Notes: generated by a model from the letters alone, not told the origin. A stretch of DNA of 20,233 nucleotides from an uncultured Gemmatimonadales bacterium (GCA_963842945.1 CAWJIM010000011.1:1-20233); one strand, 5' to 3'; positions 1-9,004 are shown, counted from the first letter of the stretch. Translations and numbers: made by a program.

Positions 1-37
1 CCAGTGCCTAGGACATCTCACCACAAAGGCACGGTTC

Positions 38-2478
38 GTGGCCTCAGTTCCTGAGATCTTCCACTCAATGGAATACGGGCCTGCGCCCGAGCCTCCCGGG
101 CGGGTGGAGGAATGGCTCGAGCACCGAGGGCGGAGGTTCGGGCTGTTTATCGGGGGACGGTGGAGCGAGCCGGGCCGAGAGACGTTTGAGACGCTGAATC
201 CCGCCACGGCGAGGCCTCTCGCTACCCTGACCCAAGCGAGTCCAGCCGACATAGAACGCGCGGTTGCCGCCGCACGCAAGGCTCAGCCGCAATGGTGGGC
301 GCTGGGCGGGCACGGCCGGGCCCGCTACCTCTACGCAATTGCCCGGCAAATCCAGAAGCACAGCCGGTTCTTTGCCGTCCTGGAATCACTCGACAACGGC
401 AAGCCGATCCGGGAATCCCGCGACATCGACGTGCCGCTGGTAGCGCGTCACTTCTATCACCATGCCGGCTGGGCCCAGCTGATGGAGCAGGAGCTGCCGG
501 AGCGGGAGCCGGTGGGAGTCATCGGGCAGATCATTCCGTGGAACTTTCCGCTTCTCATGTTGGCCTGGAAGATTGCCCCCGCGCTCGCCATGGGAAACAC
601 CGTAGTGCTCAAGCCCGCCGAGTTCACCTCTCTGACGGCGCTGAGGTTCGCAGAGCTGTGCGAGGAGATCGGGCTCCCCTCCGGGGTGGTGAACATCGTG
701 ACGGGGGATGGGCGGGCTGGCGAAGCCCTGGTGAAGCATCCCGATGTGGACAAGATCGCTTTTACCGGCTCGACCGAGGTGGGACGGCTCATTCGCCAGG
801 CGACGGCCGGGAGCGGCAAGAAATTGTCACTCGAGCTGGGCGGAAAGTCCCCGTTCATCGTGTTCGGCGACAGCGACCTGGACAGCGTGGTGGAAGGCGT
901 GGTGGATGCCATCTGGTTCAACCAGGGCCAGGTCTGCTGCGCCGGATCGCGCATCCTGGTGCACGAAGGATCACAGGAACGTCTGGTCTCCAAGCTCAAG
1001 GCGCGAATGGAGACGCTCCGGGTGGGCGATCCCCTGGACAAGGCGGTGGACATGGGCGCCATCATCGCGCCGGTGCAGCTGGAGAAGATTCAGCAGCTGG
1101 TGCGCCGAGGCGAAGACGAGGGCGCTACTCTCTGGCAGCCCTCCTGGAGCTGCCCCCGGGACGGCTGGTTCTTCCCGCCCACGCTGTTCACCGAGGTCTC
1201 GCCGGCGGCTACCATCGCTCAGGTGGAGATCTTCGGGCCGGTCGTGGTGCTGATGACCTTCCGCACCCCGGCGGAGGCGGTGGAGCTGGCCAACAACACG
1301 CGCTATGGCCTGGCCGCCAGCGTCTGGACCGAGAACATCAACCTGGCGCTCGATATTGCCCCGCAGCTCAAGGCCGGCACCATCTGGATCAACTGTACCA
1401 ACGTCTTCGATGCCGCCAGCGGCTTCGGCGGCTACCGCGAGAGCGGCTTTGGCCGGGAAGGCGGACGAGAGGGGCTGAGGGAGTATGTGAAATGGGTAGG
1501 GGAGCGGGGCGGCCGGGCAGCGGGGCAGGAAGGCGGTAAGACGGTAAGTCGGAAAAGCGGTAAGTTCCGGAAAACTGGTGCCCGCAACGCGACTGCAAAG
1601 TCATCCGCTCACGTCTTACCGCCTTACCGCCCTACCGCCTTACCGCCAATCGATCGCACCCCCAAGCTGTACCTCGGCGGCAAACAAGTCCGGCCTGATT
1701 CGGGCTACAGTATCCCGGTGCTGGACCGGGCGGGGAAACACCTGGGTGAAGTGGGGCAGGGGAACCGAAAAGACATTCGCAATGCCGTCGAAGCGGCGCA
1801 CAAGGCGGCCAGCTGGGCCCACGCCACGGCTCATGCCCGGGCTCAGGTGCTTTACTATCTGGCGGAGAATCTGGCGGCCCGAGCCGAGGAGTTTGTGGCT
1901 CGACTGCAAACGTTCGGCGGGTCAGGCGAGAATGAAGTCGCCCTGACCATCGAGCGGATGTACACCTATGCGGCCTGGGCCGACAAGTACGATGGCGCGG
2001 TCCACCATACGCCGTATCGCAACGTCACCCTGGCCATGCCGGAGCCGATCGGCGTCCTGGGCGTGGTGGCTCCCCCGAGTGGCCGCTGCTTGGTTTCGTG
2101 TCCACCGTGCTTCCGGGCGTCGCGCTGGGCAACAGCGTAGTAGCGATTCCATCGGCTGCGGCCCCGCTGGCGGCCACGGATCTGTATCAGGTGCTGGAGA
2201 CCTCGGACCTGCCCGACGGTGTCATCAACATCGTGACCGGCGACCCTCGGGAGTTGGGACGGATCCTTGCCACTCACGACGATGTGGATGGGATCTGGTA
2301 CTTCGGGGACCAGGAGACTGGAGCGGAAGTGGAACGGCTCTCGGCCGGCAACATGAAGCGGACCTGGGTCGAGGAGGCTGCCTCTCGCGATTGGGCCAGC
2401 GCCAGCCTCGGGGCGGGCGAAGAGTTTCTCGAGCAAGCCACTCAGATCAAGAACATCTGGATTCCGTATGGAGAGTAG
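38..2478 (+). CDS. Long two-module aldehyde dehydrogenase (ALDH16-like), one apparent frameshift at about 2072-2076
   Basis: ORF 38..2140 has ALDH motifs IIPWNFP, FTGSTEVG, LELGGKSP (catalytic Glu), NQGQVCCAGSR (catalytic Cys), EIFGPV and FGGYRESGFGREGG, then a second NAD-binding-like module (LYLGGKQVRPDSG...). Adding one base in the C5 run at 2072-2076 joins it to EWPLLGFVSTVLPGVALGNSVV...KNIWIPYGE (ORF 2098..2478). Confidence 0.92.
1500..1647. repeat. Inverted array of 8-nt units inside the ALDH inter-domain linker
   Basis: Left arm GGGAGCGG GGCGGCCG GGCAGCGG GGCAGGAA GGCGGTAA GACGGTAA GTCGGAAA AGCGGTAA (1500-1563). Right arm TTACCGCC TTACCGCC CTACCGCC TTACCGCC (1616-1647). 1532-1563 matches the reverse complement of 1616-1647 at 27/32 positions. 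Confidence 0.9.
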
Positions 2479-2507
2479 CTGGGCCTAGCTCCTGACTCCC
2501 AGCTCTC
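2471..2507. repeat. Heptamer repeat and hairpin at the convergent ALDH/phoU junction
   Basis: CTAGCTC CTGACTC CCAGCTC at 2485-2505. AGCTGGG (2477-2483) is the exact reverse complement of CCCAGCT (2498-2504), extendable by GAG/CTC with a one-base bulge. No U-tract. Confidence 0.5.
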
Positions 2508-3189
2508 TTGCCTCTCCCCGGTCTTCTGCGTGATGCTTGATCGAGCGCCCCTCCACCAGAAACACCACGTCTTCGCCGATGTTCGTTGCCAGGTCGGCAA
2601 CCCGCTCCAGGTTCCGGCTCACCAGGAACAGCTCCATACCCGCGCCGATGGTGTGGGGGTCTTCCATCATGTGGGTCAGCAGGATCCGGAAGACCGAGCG
2701 GTGCAGCGCGTCCACCTTGTCATCCCGCCGGCAGACTTCGCGCCCCGCAGCGGCGTCGCCCCGAATGAAGGCCTCCAGGGCATCGGAGAGCATCTCCCGG
2801 GCTAGTCGAGCCATCTCCACGATCTCGGGCTCCGGTGCAATGGGGCGGGCCTGAAGCAGCCGCTCGGTGGATTGGGCAATGTTGACCGCGTGGTCACCCA
2901 CCCGCTCGAGGTCGTTCGCGATCTTGAGCGCCGAGGTGAGCATGCGGAGGTCTCGCGCCATCGGCTGCTGCAGCGCCAGGAGATTGACGCATTGCTCTTC
3001 GATCTCCACTTCCATCGCGTCGATCACCCGATCGCCGGCGATCACCCGCCTGGCCTTCTCGCTGTCGCGCTCCAGCAGCGCGTCGACCGCCAGGCCCAGC
3101 GCGGCTTCCGCCTCACCGGACATGGTGAGCAGCCGCACCTTGACGTGGCTTAGCTCGTCGTGGAAATGACGATGAACGTCGACACTCAT
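2485..3189 (-). CDS. phoU: Phosphate signalling/transport accessory protein PhoU
   Basis: Motifs [28 protein letters not shown] and [19 protein letters not shown] overlap with the pstB stop; last gene of the pst cluster. Confidence 0.96.
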   Translation of the reverse strand: MSVDVHRHFHDELSHVKVRLLTMSGEAEAALGLAVDALLERDSEKARRVIAGDRVIDAMEVEIEEQCVNLLALQQPMARDLRMLTSALKIANDLERVGDHAVNIAQSTERLLQARPIAPEPEIVEMARLAREMLSDALEAFIRGDAAAGREVCRRDDKVDALHRSVFRILLTHMMEDPHTIGAGMELFLVSRNLERVADLATNIGEDVVFLVEGRSIKHHAEDRGEARELGVRS

Positions 3190-4052
3190 CCGAATCTCCC
3201 GGTGATATACGCCTCGGTGCGCTCGTGGGTCGGCTTGGTGAAGAGCCGCTCGGTCTCATCGAACTCAATCAGCTTGCCCCGATCGAAGAAGCCGGTGTAG
3301 TCGGAGACCCGCGCTGCCTGCTGCATGTTGTGGGTCACGATCACGATGGTGTAGTGTTGCTTCAGCTCGAAGATCAGCTCCTCGATTCTTTGAGTCGCAA
3401 TCGGGTCGAGCGCCGAGCAGGGCTCATCCATCAGGAGCACCTCCGGCTGGTTCCCCAACGCTCTGGCGATGCAGAGCCGTTGCTGCTGCCCGCCTGACAA
3501 TCCCGTGCCAGGCTCTTCCAGCCGATCCTTCACCTCGTCCCACAGGCCTGCCTGACGCAGGCAACGCTCGACGAGATCAGGCAGATCGCGCCGGCTCACC
3601 AGCGCGTTGAGGGCCGGGCCGTAGGCCACATTCTCGAAGACGGTCTTGGGAAACGGATTGGGGCGTTGAAAGACCATCCCCACCCGCTGCCGGAGGGAGA
3701 CGAGATCGGTTCCCGGGCCGAACACCGACATGCCTTCCACCTGGATATCTCCCCGATGGCGCACCCCCGGAATCAGGTCGTTCAGCCGATTGATGGAGCG
3801 GAGGAAGGTGGATTTGCCGCAGCCGGACGGCCCGATGATAGCGGTGACCGCCTTCCGAGGGATCGAAAAGTTCAGGCCGCTCAGTGCCTCGCGCTGGCCG
3901 TAGAAGAAATCGAAGTTGCGAACCTCGATAGCAGACCCTGAGGACGGAACGTCGGAATGACGGAACGTCGGAAAGCGTACTGGTACCGTCGTTCCTTCGT
4001 TCCCCCGTTCCATCGCTCCCTCGTTTCCGCGTCGGATCGTCACCGTGCTCAT
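3186..4052 (-). CDS. pstB: Phosphate ABC transporter ATP-binding protein (second copy, with a repeat-derived N-terminal extension)
   Basis: Walker [21 protein letters not shown], signature LSGGQQQR, Walker [14 protein letters not shown]-terminal [14 protein letters not shown] overlap with the upstream pstB. Confidence 0.96.
   Translation of the reverse strand: MSTVTIRRGNEGAMERGNEGTTVPVRFPTFRHSDVPSSGSAIEVRNFDFFYGQREALSGLNFSIPRKAVTAIIGPSGCGKSTFLRSINRLNDLIPGVRHRGDIQVEGMSVFGPGTDLVSLRQRVGMVFQRPNPFPKTVFENVAYGPALNALVSRRDLPDLVERCLRQAGLWDEVKDRLEEPGTGLSGGQQQRLCIARALGNQPEVLLMDEPCSALDPIATQRIEELIFELKQHYTIVIVTHNMQQAARVSDYTGFFDRGKLIEFDETERLFTKPTHERTEAYITGRFG
3943..4030. repeat. Inverted array of 8-nt units inside the pstB 5' coding region
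   Basis: GACGGAAC GTCGGAAT GACGGAAC GTCGGAAA (3943-3974), an 8-nt spacer, then GTACCGTC GTTCCTTC GTTCCCCC GTTCCATC GCTCCCTC GTTTCCGC (3983-4030), whose units are reverse complements of GANGGAAC-like octamers. Confidence 0.88.
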
Positions 4053-4861
4053 CCAAATCTCCCGGTGATGTAGGCCTCGGTCTGATCCTGCCGGGGCGCG
4101 GTGAAGATCTGGCGGGATGGACCGGTCTCGATCATGCTGCCCAGATAGAAGAAGGTGGTCGTGTCGGAGACCCGGGCCGCCTGCTGCATGTTGTGGGTCA
4201 CGATGATGATGGTGAAGTGTCGCTTGAGCTCGAACAGCAGTTCCTCGATCCGCTGGGTGCCCTGAGGGTCCAGCGACGCGGTGGGCTCGTCCAGCAGAAC
4301 AACATCCGGCGAAGGCGCAATGGTGCGAGCCAGGCAGAGCCGCTGTTGCTGACCACCGGACAGGGCCATCGCACTCGTCTTGAGGCGGTCCTTCACCTCA
4401 TCCCATAGAGCAGCCTGGCGTAGAGCCCGTTCGACTATGCCATTCAGCTCCGACCGGCTCATCCTTCCATTTACCCGCAGCCCCGCCGCCACATTGTCAT
4501 AGATCGACATGGTGGGAAATGGAGTGGGCCGCTGGAAGACCATTCCCACCCGGCGCCGCAGCTGCATGACGTTGACCCTCGGGGCATAGATGTCGGCGCC
4601 GTCGAGCAGCACCCGGCCGGTGATCCAGCCATGGTCCGACAGCTCGTGCATCCGGTTCAATGCTCGCAGAAAGGTCGACTTGCCGCACCCGGACGGACCG
4701 ATCAGCGCGTGCACCCGGTTGGGCGCAAAGCTGAGCGATACCGACTTCACCGCAGTGAACTTGCCGTACATGGCCGACAGCTTGTCGGTCACGATCCTGG
4801 GCTCCGCCGCTTTCTCCGGCTCCACGGTGGGCTCGGCGCGAGTCAAGGTGAGCTCAACCAT
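4049..4861 (-). CDS. pstB: Phosphate ABC transporter ATP-binding protein (first copy)
   Basis: [49 protein letters not shown]. Start placed at ATG 4861 (MVELTL...), overlapping the pstA 3' end; the ORF track extends to 4885. Confidence 0.95.
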   Translation of the reverse strand: MVELTLTRAEPTVEPEKAAEPRIVTDKLSAMYGKFTAVKSVSLSFAPNRVHALIGPSGCGKSTFLRALNRMHELSDHGWITGRVLLDGADIYAPRVNVMQLRRRVGMVFQRPTPFPTMSIYDNVAAGLRVNGRMSRSELNGIVERALRQAALWDEVKDRLKTSAMALSGGQQQRLCLARTIAPSPDVVLLDEPTASLDPQGTQRIEELLFELKRHFTIIIVTHNMQQAARVSDTTTFFYLGSMIETGPSRQIFTAPRQDQTEAYITGRFG

Positions 4862-5696
4862 TGAGGCTGAATCGGCGTATGGCAAGGCGTGCTCCCAGGC
4901 TCAATATGAGGACGACCAGAATCAGCACCAACGCGGCGGCCCAGGCGTATTGATGCCACTCCTCATAGGGGCCGGTGGCATAGTTGAATACCGTGAGCGG
5001 CAGCGCGGCCATGGGCTGGTTCATATCGAAGCTCAGGTACTGGCTACCCAGAGCCGTGAAGAGGAGTGGGGCGGTTTCGCCGGCAATCCGGGCAATGGCC
5101 AGGAGAGCTCCGGTCATGATTCCAGGCAGCGTGGTGCGAATCACCACCGAGAGACTGGTGCGCCACCGAGGATATCCCAGCGCCAGCGCAGCCTCCCGCA
5201 GCGAGTTGGGGACCAGCTTGATCATCTCCTCGGTGGTGCGGAGCACCATGGGAATCATCAACATGGAGAGCGCCACGCTTCCAGCCAAGCCAGAGAAGTG
5301 CTTCTGCCGGGCCACGATCCAGGCCCAGGCAAAGACCCCCACTACAATGGAAGGCGTACCGTTCAGCACGTCGGCCACAAATCTGCTGACCCAGGTAAGC
5401 CGGCTGGTGGGATACTCGGCGCAGTAAATCCCGGCACCGATCCCGATCGGCAGGCCGATGAGGCTCGCGGTGCCCACGATGAGGAGAGTCCCGACCAGCG
5501 CATGGACCACCCCTCCTCCGGTCTCACCCGCCGGAGCAGGGGTTCGGGTAAAGAAGTCGAGCGAGAGACTGCCCGCTCCTTTCAATACCAGGTTCAGCAG
5601 GATGAAGAACAACGGGATGAGCGCCACAACCACGGCGCCGATCATCAGCCCGACCATAAAATTGCTGAAAGCGCGCCGGAGCACCCGCCGGTTCAC
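4854..5696 (-). CDS. pstA: Phosphate ABC transporter permease PstA
   Basis: Hydrophobic protein with [13 protein letters not shown] loop LREAALALG and [12 protein letters not shown]. Start uncertain: GTG 5696, or the ATG at 5713 overlapping the pstC stop if one base is missing. Confidence 0.95.
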   Translation of the reverse strand: MNRRVLRRAFSNFMVGLMIGAVVVALIPLFFILLNLVLKGAGSLSLDFFTRTPAPAGETGGGVVHALVGTLLIVGTASLIGLPIGIGAGIYCAEYPTSRLTWVSRFVADVLNGTPSIVVGVFAWAWIVARQKHFSGLAGSVALSMLMIPMVLRTTEEMIKLVPNSLREAALALGYPRWRTSLSVVIRTTLPGIMTGALLAIARIAGETAPLLFTALGSQYLSFDMNQPMAALPLTVFNYATGPYEEWHQYAWAAALVLILVVLILSLGARLAIRRFSLNG

Positions 5697-5709
5697 CGCC
5701 GGGCCCGCC

Positions 5710-6702
5710 TCATAGGGCGGTGCTCCCTGCGCCCGAGCCGCGTGCCACCCGCCAGATCAGGAGCCGGGCGCCGGCGTTCACCAGCACCGTCACCAGAAAA
5801 AGCACGAAGGCCACGTAGGCCAGCGCCGAGAGGTGGAGATCTCCCACCGCCTCCGAGAACTCGTTGGCGATCGCCGCGGCCATGGTGTAGCCCGGCGCGA
5901 ACAGGGAGGCGGCAATCTCGTGCCGGTTGCCGATCAGCATGGTCACGGCCATGGTCTCGCCCAGGGCTCGTCCGAGCCCGAGGATGATGGCACCGAGGAG
6001 CCCGGAGCGGGCATAGGGAACCACGGCGCTGGTGACTGCTTCCCAGCGGGTGGCGCCCAGTGCCAGAGCTGCTTCCCGCTGGCTGTTCGGCACCGCCAGC
6101 AGCACCTCCCGGGACACTGACATTACGTACGGCATCACCATGATCGCGAGGATGACCCCGGCCGCGAGCATCGACGGACCGTAGATCGGTCCCTGAAAGA
6201 GGGGAAGAAATCCGAAGACCTTCCGGAGCAGAGGAAAGGCGGTGGTGCGGAGCGCGGGCACCAGCACGAAGATTCCCCAAAGCCCATATACCACGCTGGG
6301 AATGGCGGCGAGCAACCCGATGAGAAAGGCGACCGGCTGGCGGACCGCCCGCGGCGCGAATTCCGTGAGATAAATCGCCACGCCCAGCGAGAGCGGCACC
6401 GCGATCAGCAAGGCGATCAGCGAGGAGAGCAGGGTCCCAAAGATCAGCGGGAACGCCCCGAATTCCTCCGCCACCGGGTCCCAGGTGCTCGAGGTGATGA
6501 AGTCGAACCCGAACCGGCTCACCGCCAGCTCGGCGCCGCTCCAGAGCTGGAACACCAGGAACCCGAGAAGGATGGGGATCAGGACAGCGGCGAGCGTCAA
6601 GATCAGCTTGAAGATCCGGTCGCCGTAGTTCGCTCGCTCGAGCGACACGGGCTTGAGTGAGGGAATTTCCTGAGGAATTTCCTGAGGCTGGACCGCAGTC
6701 AT
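5710..6702 (-). CDS. pstC: Phosphate ABC transporter permease PstC
   Basis: [47 protein letters not shown]. Start placed at ATG 6702; the ORF-track GTG 6741 lies inside the PHO-like repeat. Confidence 0.95.
   Translation of the reverse strand: MTAVQPQEIPQEIPSLKPVSLERANYGDRIFKLILTLAAVLIPILLGFLVFQLWSGAELAVSRFGFDFITSSTWDPVAEEFGAFPLIFGTLLSSLIALLIAVPLSLGVAIYLTEFAPRAVRQPVAFLIGLLAAIPSVVYGLWGIFVLVPALRTTAFPLLRKVFGFLPLFQGPIYGPSMLAAGVILAIMVMPYVMSVSREVLLAVPNSQREAALALGATRWEAVTSAVVPYARSGLLGAIILGLGRALGETMAVTMLIGNRHEIAASLFAPGYTMAAAIANEFSEAVGDLHLSALAYVAFVLFLVTVLVNAGARLLIWRVARGSGAGSTAL
6662..6687. repeat. 12-bp tandem duplication in the pstC 5' end
   Basis: GGAATTTCCTGA GGAATTTCCTGA GG, encoding PQEIPQEIP on the minus strand. 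Confidence 0.85.
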
Positions 6703-6769
6703 GTCCTGAGTGTAGAGGGGGCCCTCTCGGGCGCTCGTCACGGGAATGTAACGGCTAGGTCACGGCTGG
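6703..6769 (-). promoter_or_regulatory. Putative PhoB-dependent internal promoter for pstC (three 11-bp repeats plus a -10 hexamer)
   Basis: + strand GTCACGGGAAT GTAACGGCTAG GTCACGGCTGG starting at 6737, 6748 and 6759 (exact 11-bp period). Minus-strand TACACT (6714-6709) lies 22 nt downstream of the proximal GTGAC and 6 nt before the ATG. Confidence 0.65.
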
Positions 6770-6770
6770 A

Positions 6771-7838
6771 TTATTTCAGGGAGAGTCTTTGCTGCAGCAG
6801 CTCGATCACCGGCACCGGGAGTGGCGCGTAGTGCAGATCGGCGGCCATACGCTGAGCGTTAGGTTCGAGCATCCAGTCGAGGAACCCATGAAGGAGCCTG
6901 GCCTTGGCTGTGTCTCGGGGTTCCCGTGGAACCAGCAGCCAGGTGAACGATGCGATCGGGTAGGAATCCTTCCCCGAGGCCCCGGTGATGCTCACCCGAA
7001 AGTCGGTGTCCGGACCGAGCCGGGCACCCGCGGCGGCGGCGGACACGCTCTTGAGGCTGGGCTCGATGAACGCGCCCTCGGCGTTCTTCATCCAGGCGTA
7101 CGGCAAGCCATTGGAGATGGCATAAATCAGCTCGACGTAGCCGAGCGCCCCCTCGGTCTGCTTGACCTGCTGGGTAACTCCTTCATTGCCTTTGCCGCCC
7201 AAACCGGTGGGCCACTGCACCGAGGTGCCCTTGCCGACGGCTCCCTTCCACTGAGGGGAGATCTTCGACAGATAATCGGTAAAGACAAAGGTGGTGCCGC
7301 TGCCGTCGGAGCGGTGGACCACGATGATATCCTGGTTGGGCAGCTTTACGCCGGGGTTGAGAGCGGCGAGCCGGGGATCGTTCCACCGGTTGATCCGGCC
7401 CAGGAAGATGTCCGCCAGGGTAGGTCCATCGAGCTTCAGAGCCGTCTTCCCAGCCGTGGGCAGGTTATAGGTGGCCACCACCGCGCCGAGCACCGTGGGG
7501 ACGTGCAGGACGTTTCCCTTGACTGCGGCTATCTGGGCATCGGTCATCGGCGCGTCGGAGGCGCCGAAGTCCACCGTGCCCTCGGTGAACTGCCGGATGC
7601 CGCCACCGGAGCCGATCGACTGGTAGTTGATCCGGACGCCGGTCTCTTTGTTGTAGGCGTCGAACCATTTGGTGTAGATCGGATTGGGGAAGGTGGCGCC
7701 GGCCCCGGTCAGCGCCGCGCCGGTGCTGGACGCCGCAGCCGGCAGGTTGGACTTGCGAGTGTCGCGATCACCTGGCGAGCAGGCCAGCAGAAGCAGCAAG
7801 AGACTGCCGGCGATGCGGTACTCGAGGCTGAGGCTCAT
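6771..7838 (-). CDS. pstS: Phosphate-binding protein PstS, predicted lipoprotein
   Basis: LTGAGATFP, YQSIGSGGGI, DFGASD, HRSDGSGTT, GKGNEGV, YPIASFTW. N-terminus from ATG 7838 (MSLSLEYRIAGSLLLLLLAC) ends in a lipobox LLAC. Confidence 0.93.
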   Translation of the reverse strand: MSLSLEYRIAGSLLLLLLACSPGDRDTRKSNLPAAASSTGAALTGAGATFPNPIYTKWFDAYNKETGVRINYQSIGSGGGIRQFTEGTVDFGASDAPMTDAQIAAVKGNVLHVPTVLGAVVATYNLPTAGKTALKLDGPTLADIFLGRINRWNDPRLAALNPGVKLPNQDIIVVHRSDGSGTTFVFTDYLSKISPQWKGAVGKGTSVQWPTGLGGKGNEGVTQQVKQTEGALGYVELIYAISNGLPYAWMKNAEGAFIEPSLKSVSAAAAGARLGPDTDFRVSITGASGKDSYPIASFTWLLVPREPRDTAKARLLHGFLDWMLEPNAQRMAADLHYAPLPVPVIELLQQRLSLK

Positions 7839-7877
7839 GCTCCAAGCTGAGCAGTGGGTTGGAATGCCGCCATAGGC

Positions 7878-7924
7878 TGCCACGGATGAACACCGCTCAA
7901 GTGAAGGTCGGTTCATCCGTGGCA
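7878..7924. repeat. Perfect 14-bp inverted repeat (REP-like stem-loop) between the two pstS genes
   Basis: TGCCACGGATGAAC (7878-7891), a 19-nt loop, then GTTCATCCGTGGCA (7911-7924). Begins 7 nt after the stop of the upstream pstS; no U-tract. Confidence 0.85.
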
Positions 7925-7931
7925 CTCCCGA

Positions 7932-8970
7932 CTAGCGAGTGGCGATGGCCTTACCGCCGGCCTTCAGCGTCGGCAGCCGAGCCTGAACCAGCGAGACCAC
8001 CGGGCCAGGCAGCGGGGCATAGTGCAGCTCGGCGGCCATCTTCTGCGCCTCGGGCGTGATCATCCAGGCCAGGAAATCGCGGATGAGCTTGGCCTTGGCT
8101 GTGTCCTTATTGTCCTTCTTGACCAGGAGCCAGGTAAACGACGAGATCGGGTAGGCCTGGTCGCCGGGTGCATTGGTGATCGAGACCCGGAAATCGGTAT
8201 CCTTCGGCAGCTTCACTCCGGCAGCGGCGGCGGTGACGGTCTCTAGCGAAGGGGTAATAAAGTTACCCGCCGCGTTCTTGACCTGGGCGTAGGGCAGCTT
8301 GTTGGAGATGGCGTAGATCAGCTCGACGTAGCCCAGCGCGCCTTCGGTCTGCTTGACCTGCTGGGTCACGCCCTCGTTGCCCTTGCCCCCCAGCCCGACC
8401 GGCCAGTTCACCGAGGTGGCATAGCCGACTTTGTCCTTCCACTCCCGGGAGAACTTGTTGAGGTAATCGGTGAAGACGTAGGTCGTGCCCGAGCCGTCGG
8501 AGCGGTGCACCACGATCAGATCCTGATCCGGCAGCTTCACCCCGGGTTGAGCGCCGCGATCTTCGGGTCGTTCCACTTGGTGACCCGGCCCATGAAGATG
8601 TCGACCAGCAGGTTGCCGTCGAACTTGAGCTTGGTATCCCCGAGCGACGGAAGATTGTAGGTCACGACGACCGCGCCGAGCACGGTGGGAACGTGGAGCA
8701 CGTTGCCGTTGACCGCCTGAATCTGGGACTCGTTCATCGGCCCGTCGCTGGCGCCGAAGTCCACGGTGCCCTCGGTGAACTGGCGGATGCCGCCGCCGGA
8801 GCCGATCGACTGATAGTTGATCTGGATGCCGGTCTTCTTGTTGTAGGCGTCGAACCACTTGGTGTAGATCGGATTGGGGAACGTGGCCCCGGCGCCGGTG
8901 AGGCTCTGGGCGGCGCGGTGCGAGCCGCGAGCCAGCAAGCCCGCTTGCGAGTAGAGTACATCCGCGTCAT
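7932..8970 (-). CDS. pstS: Phosphate-binding protein PstS, Sec-signal type, with apparent frameshifts
   Basis: AGGAG ribosome-binding site before ATG 8970. The mature part AQSLTGAGATFP...ALNPG (ORF 8537..8938) continues as GVKLPDQDLIVVHRSDGSGTT...GGKAIATR (ORF 7932..8858) after a one-base loss at about 8540-8546. Further indel(s) in the signal peptide at about 8915-8955. Confidence 0.9.
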
Positions 8971-9004
8971 TCTGTATCTCCTGATGGTCTGCTTCATACT
9001 CGGT

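Noticed and set aside
292..1539. 415-aa alternate-frame ORF within ALDH, and 13695..14774 within the acyltransferase
   Set aside because: Arg/Gly/Pro-rich off-frame translations of GC-rich genes.
1500..1647. Repeat arrays as a CRISPR array
   Set aside because: Units are 8 nt, contiguous and inverted, with no unique spacers and no cas genes.
2072..2076. Programmed ribosomal frameshift or true split of the ALDH gene
   Set aside because: A single missing base in a C homopolymer, matching the many other indels in the window; no slippery heptamer. A sequencing error is simpler.
4590..5987. Long + strand ORF (465 aa), and similar antisense ORFs such as 6789..7850, 11603..12502 and 18640..19299
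   Set aside because: They shadow well-supported genes on the opposite strand, which is expected in high-GC DNA; no recognisable motifs.
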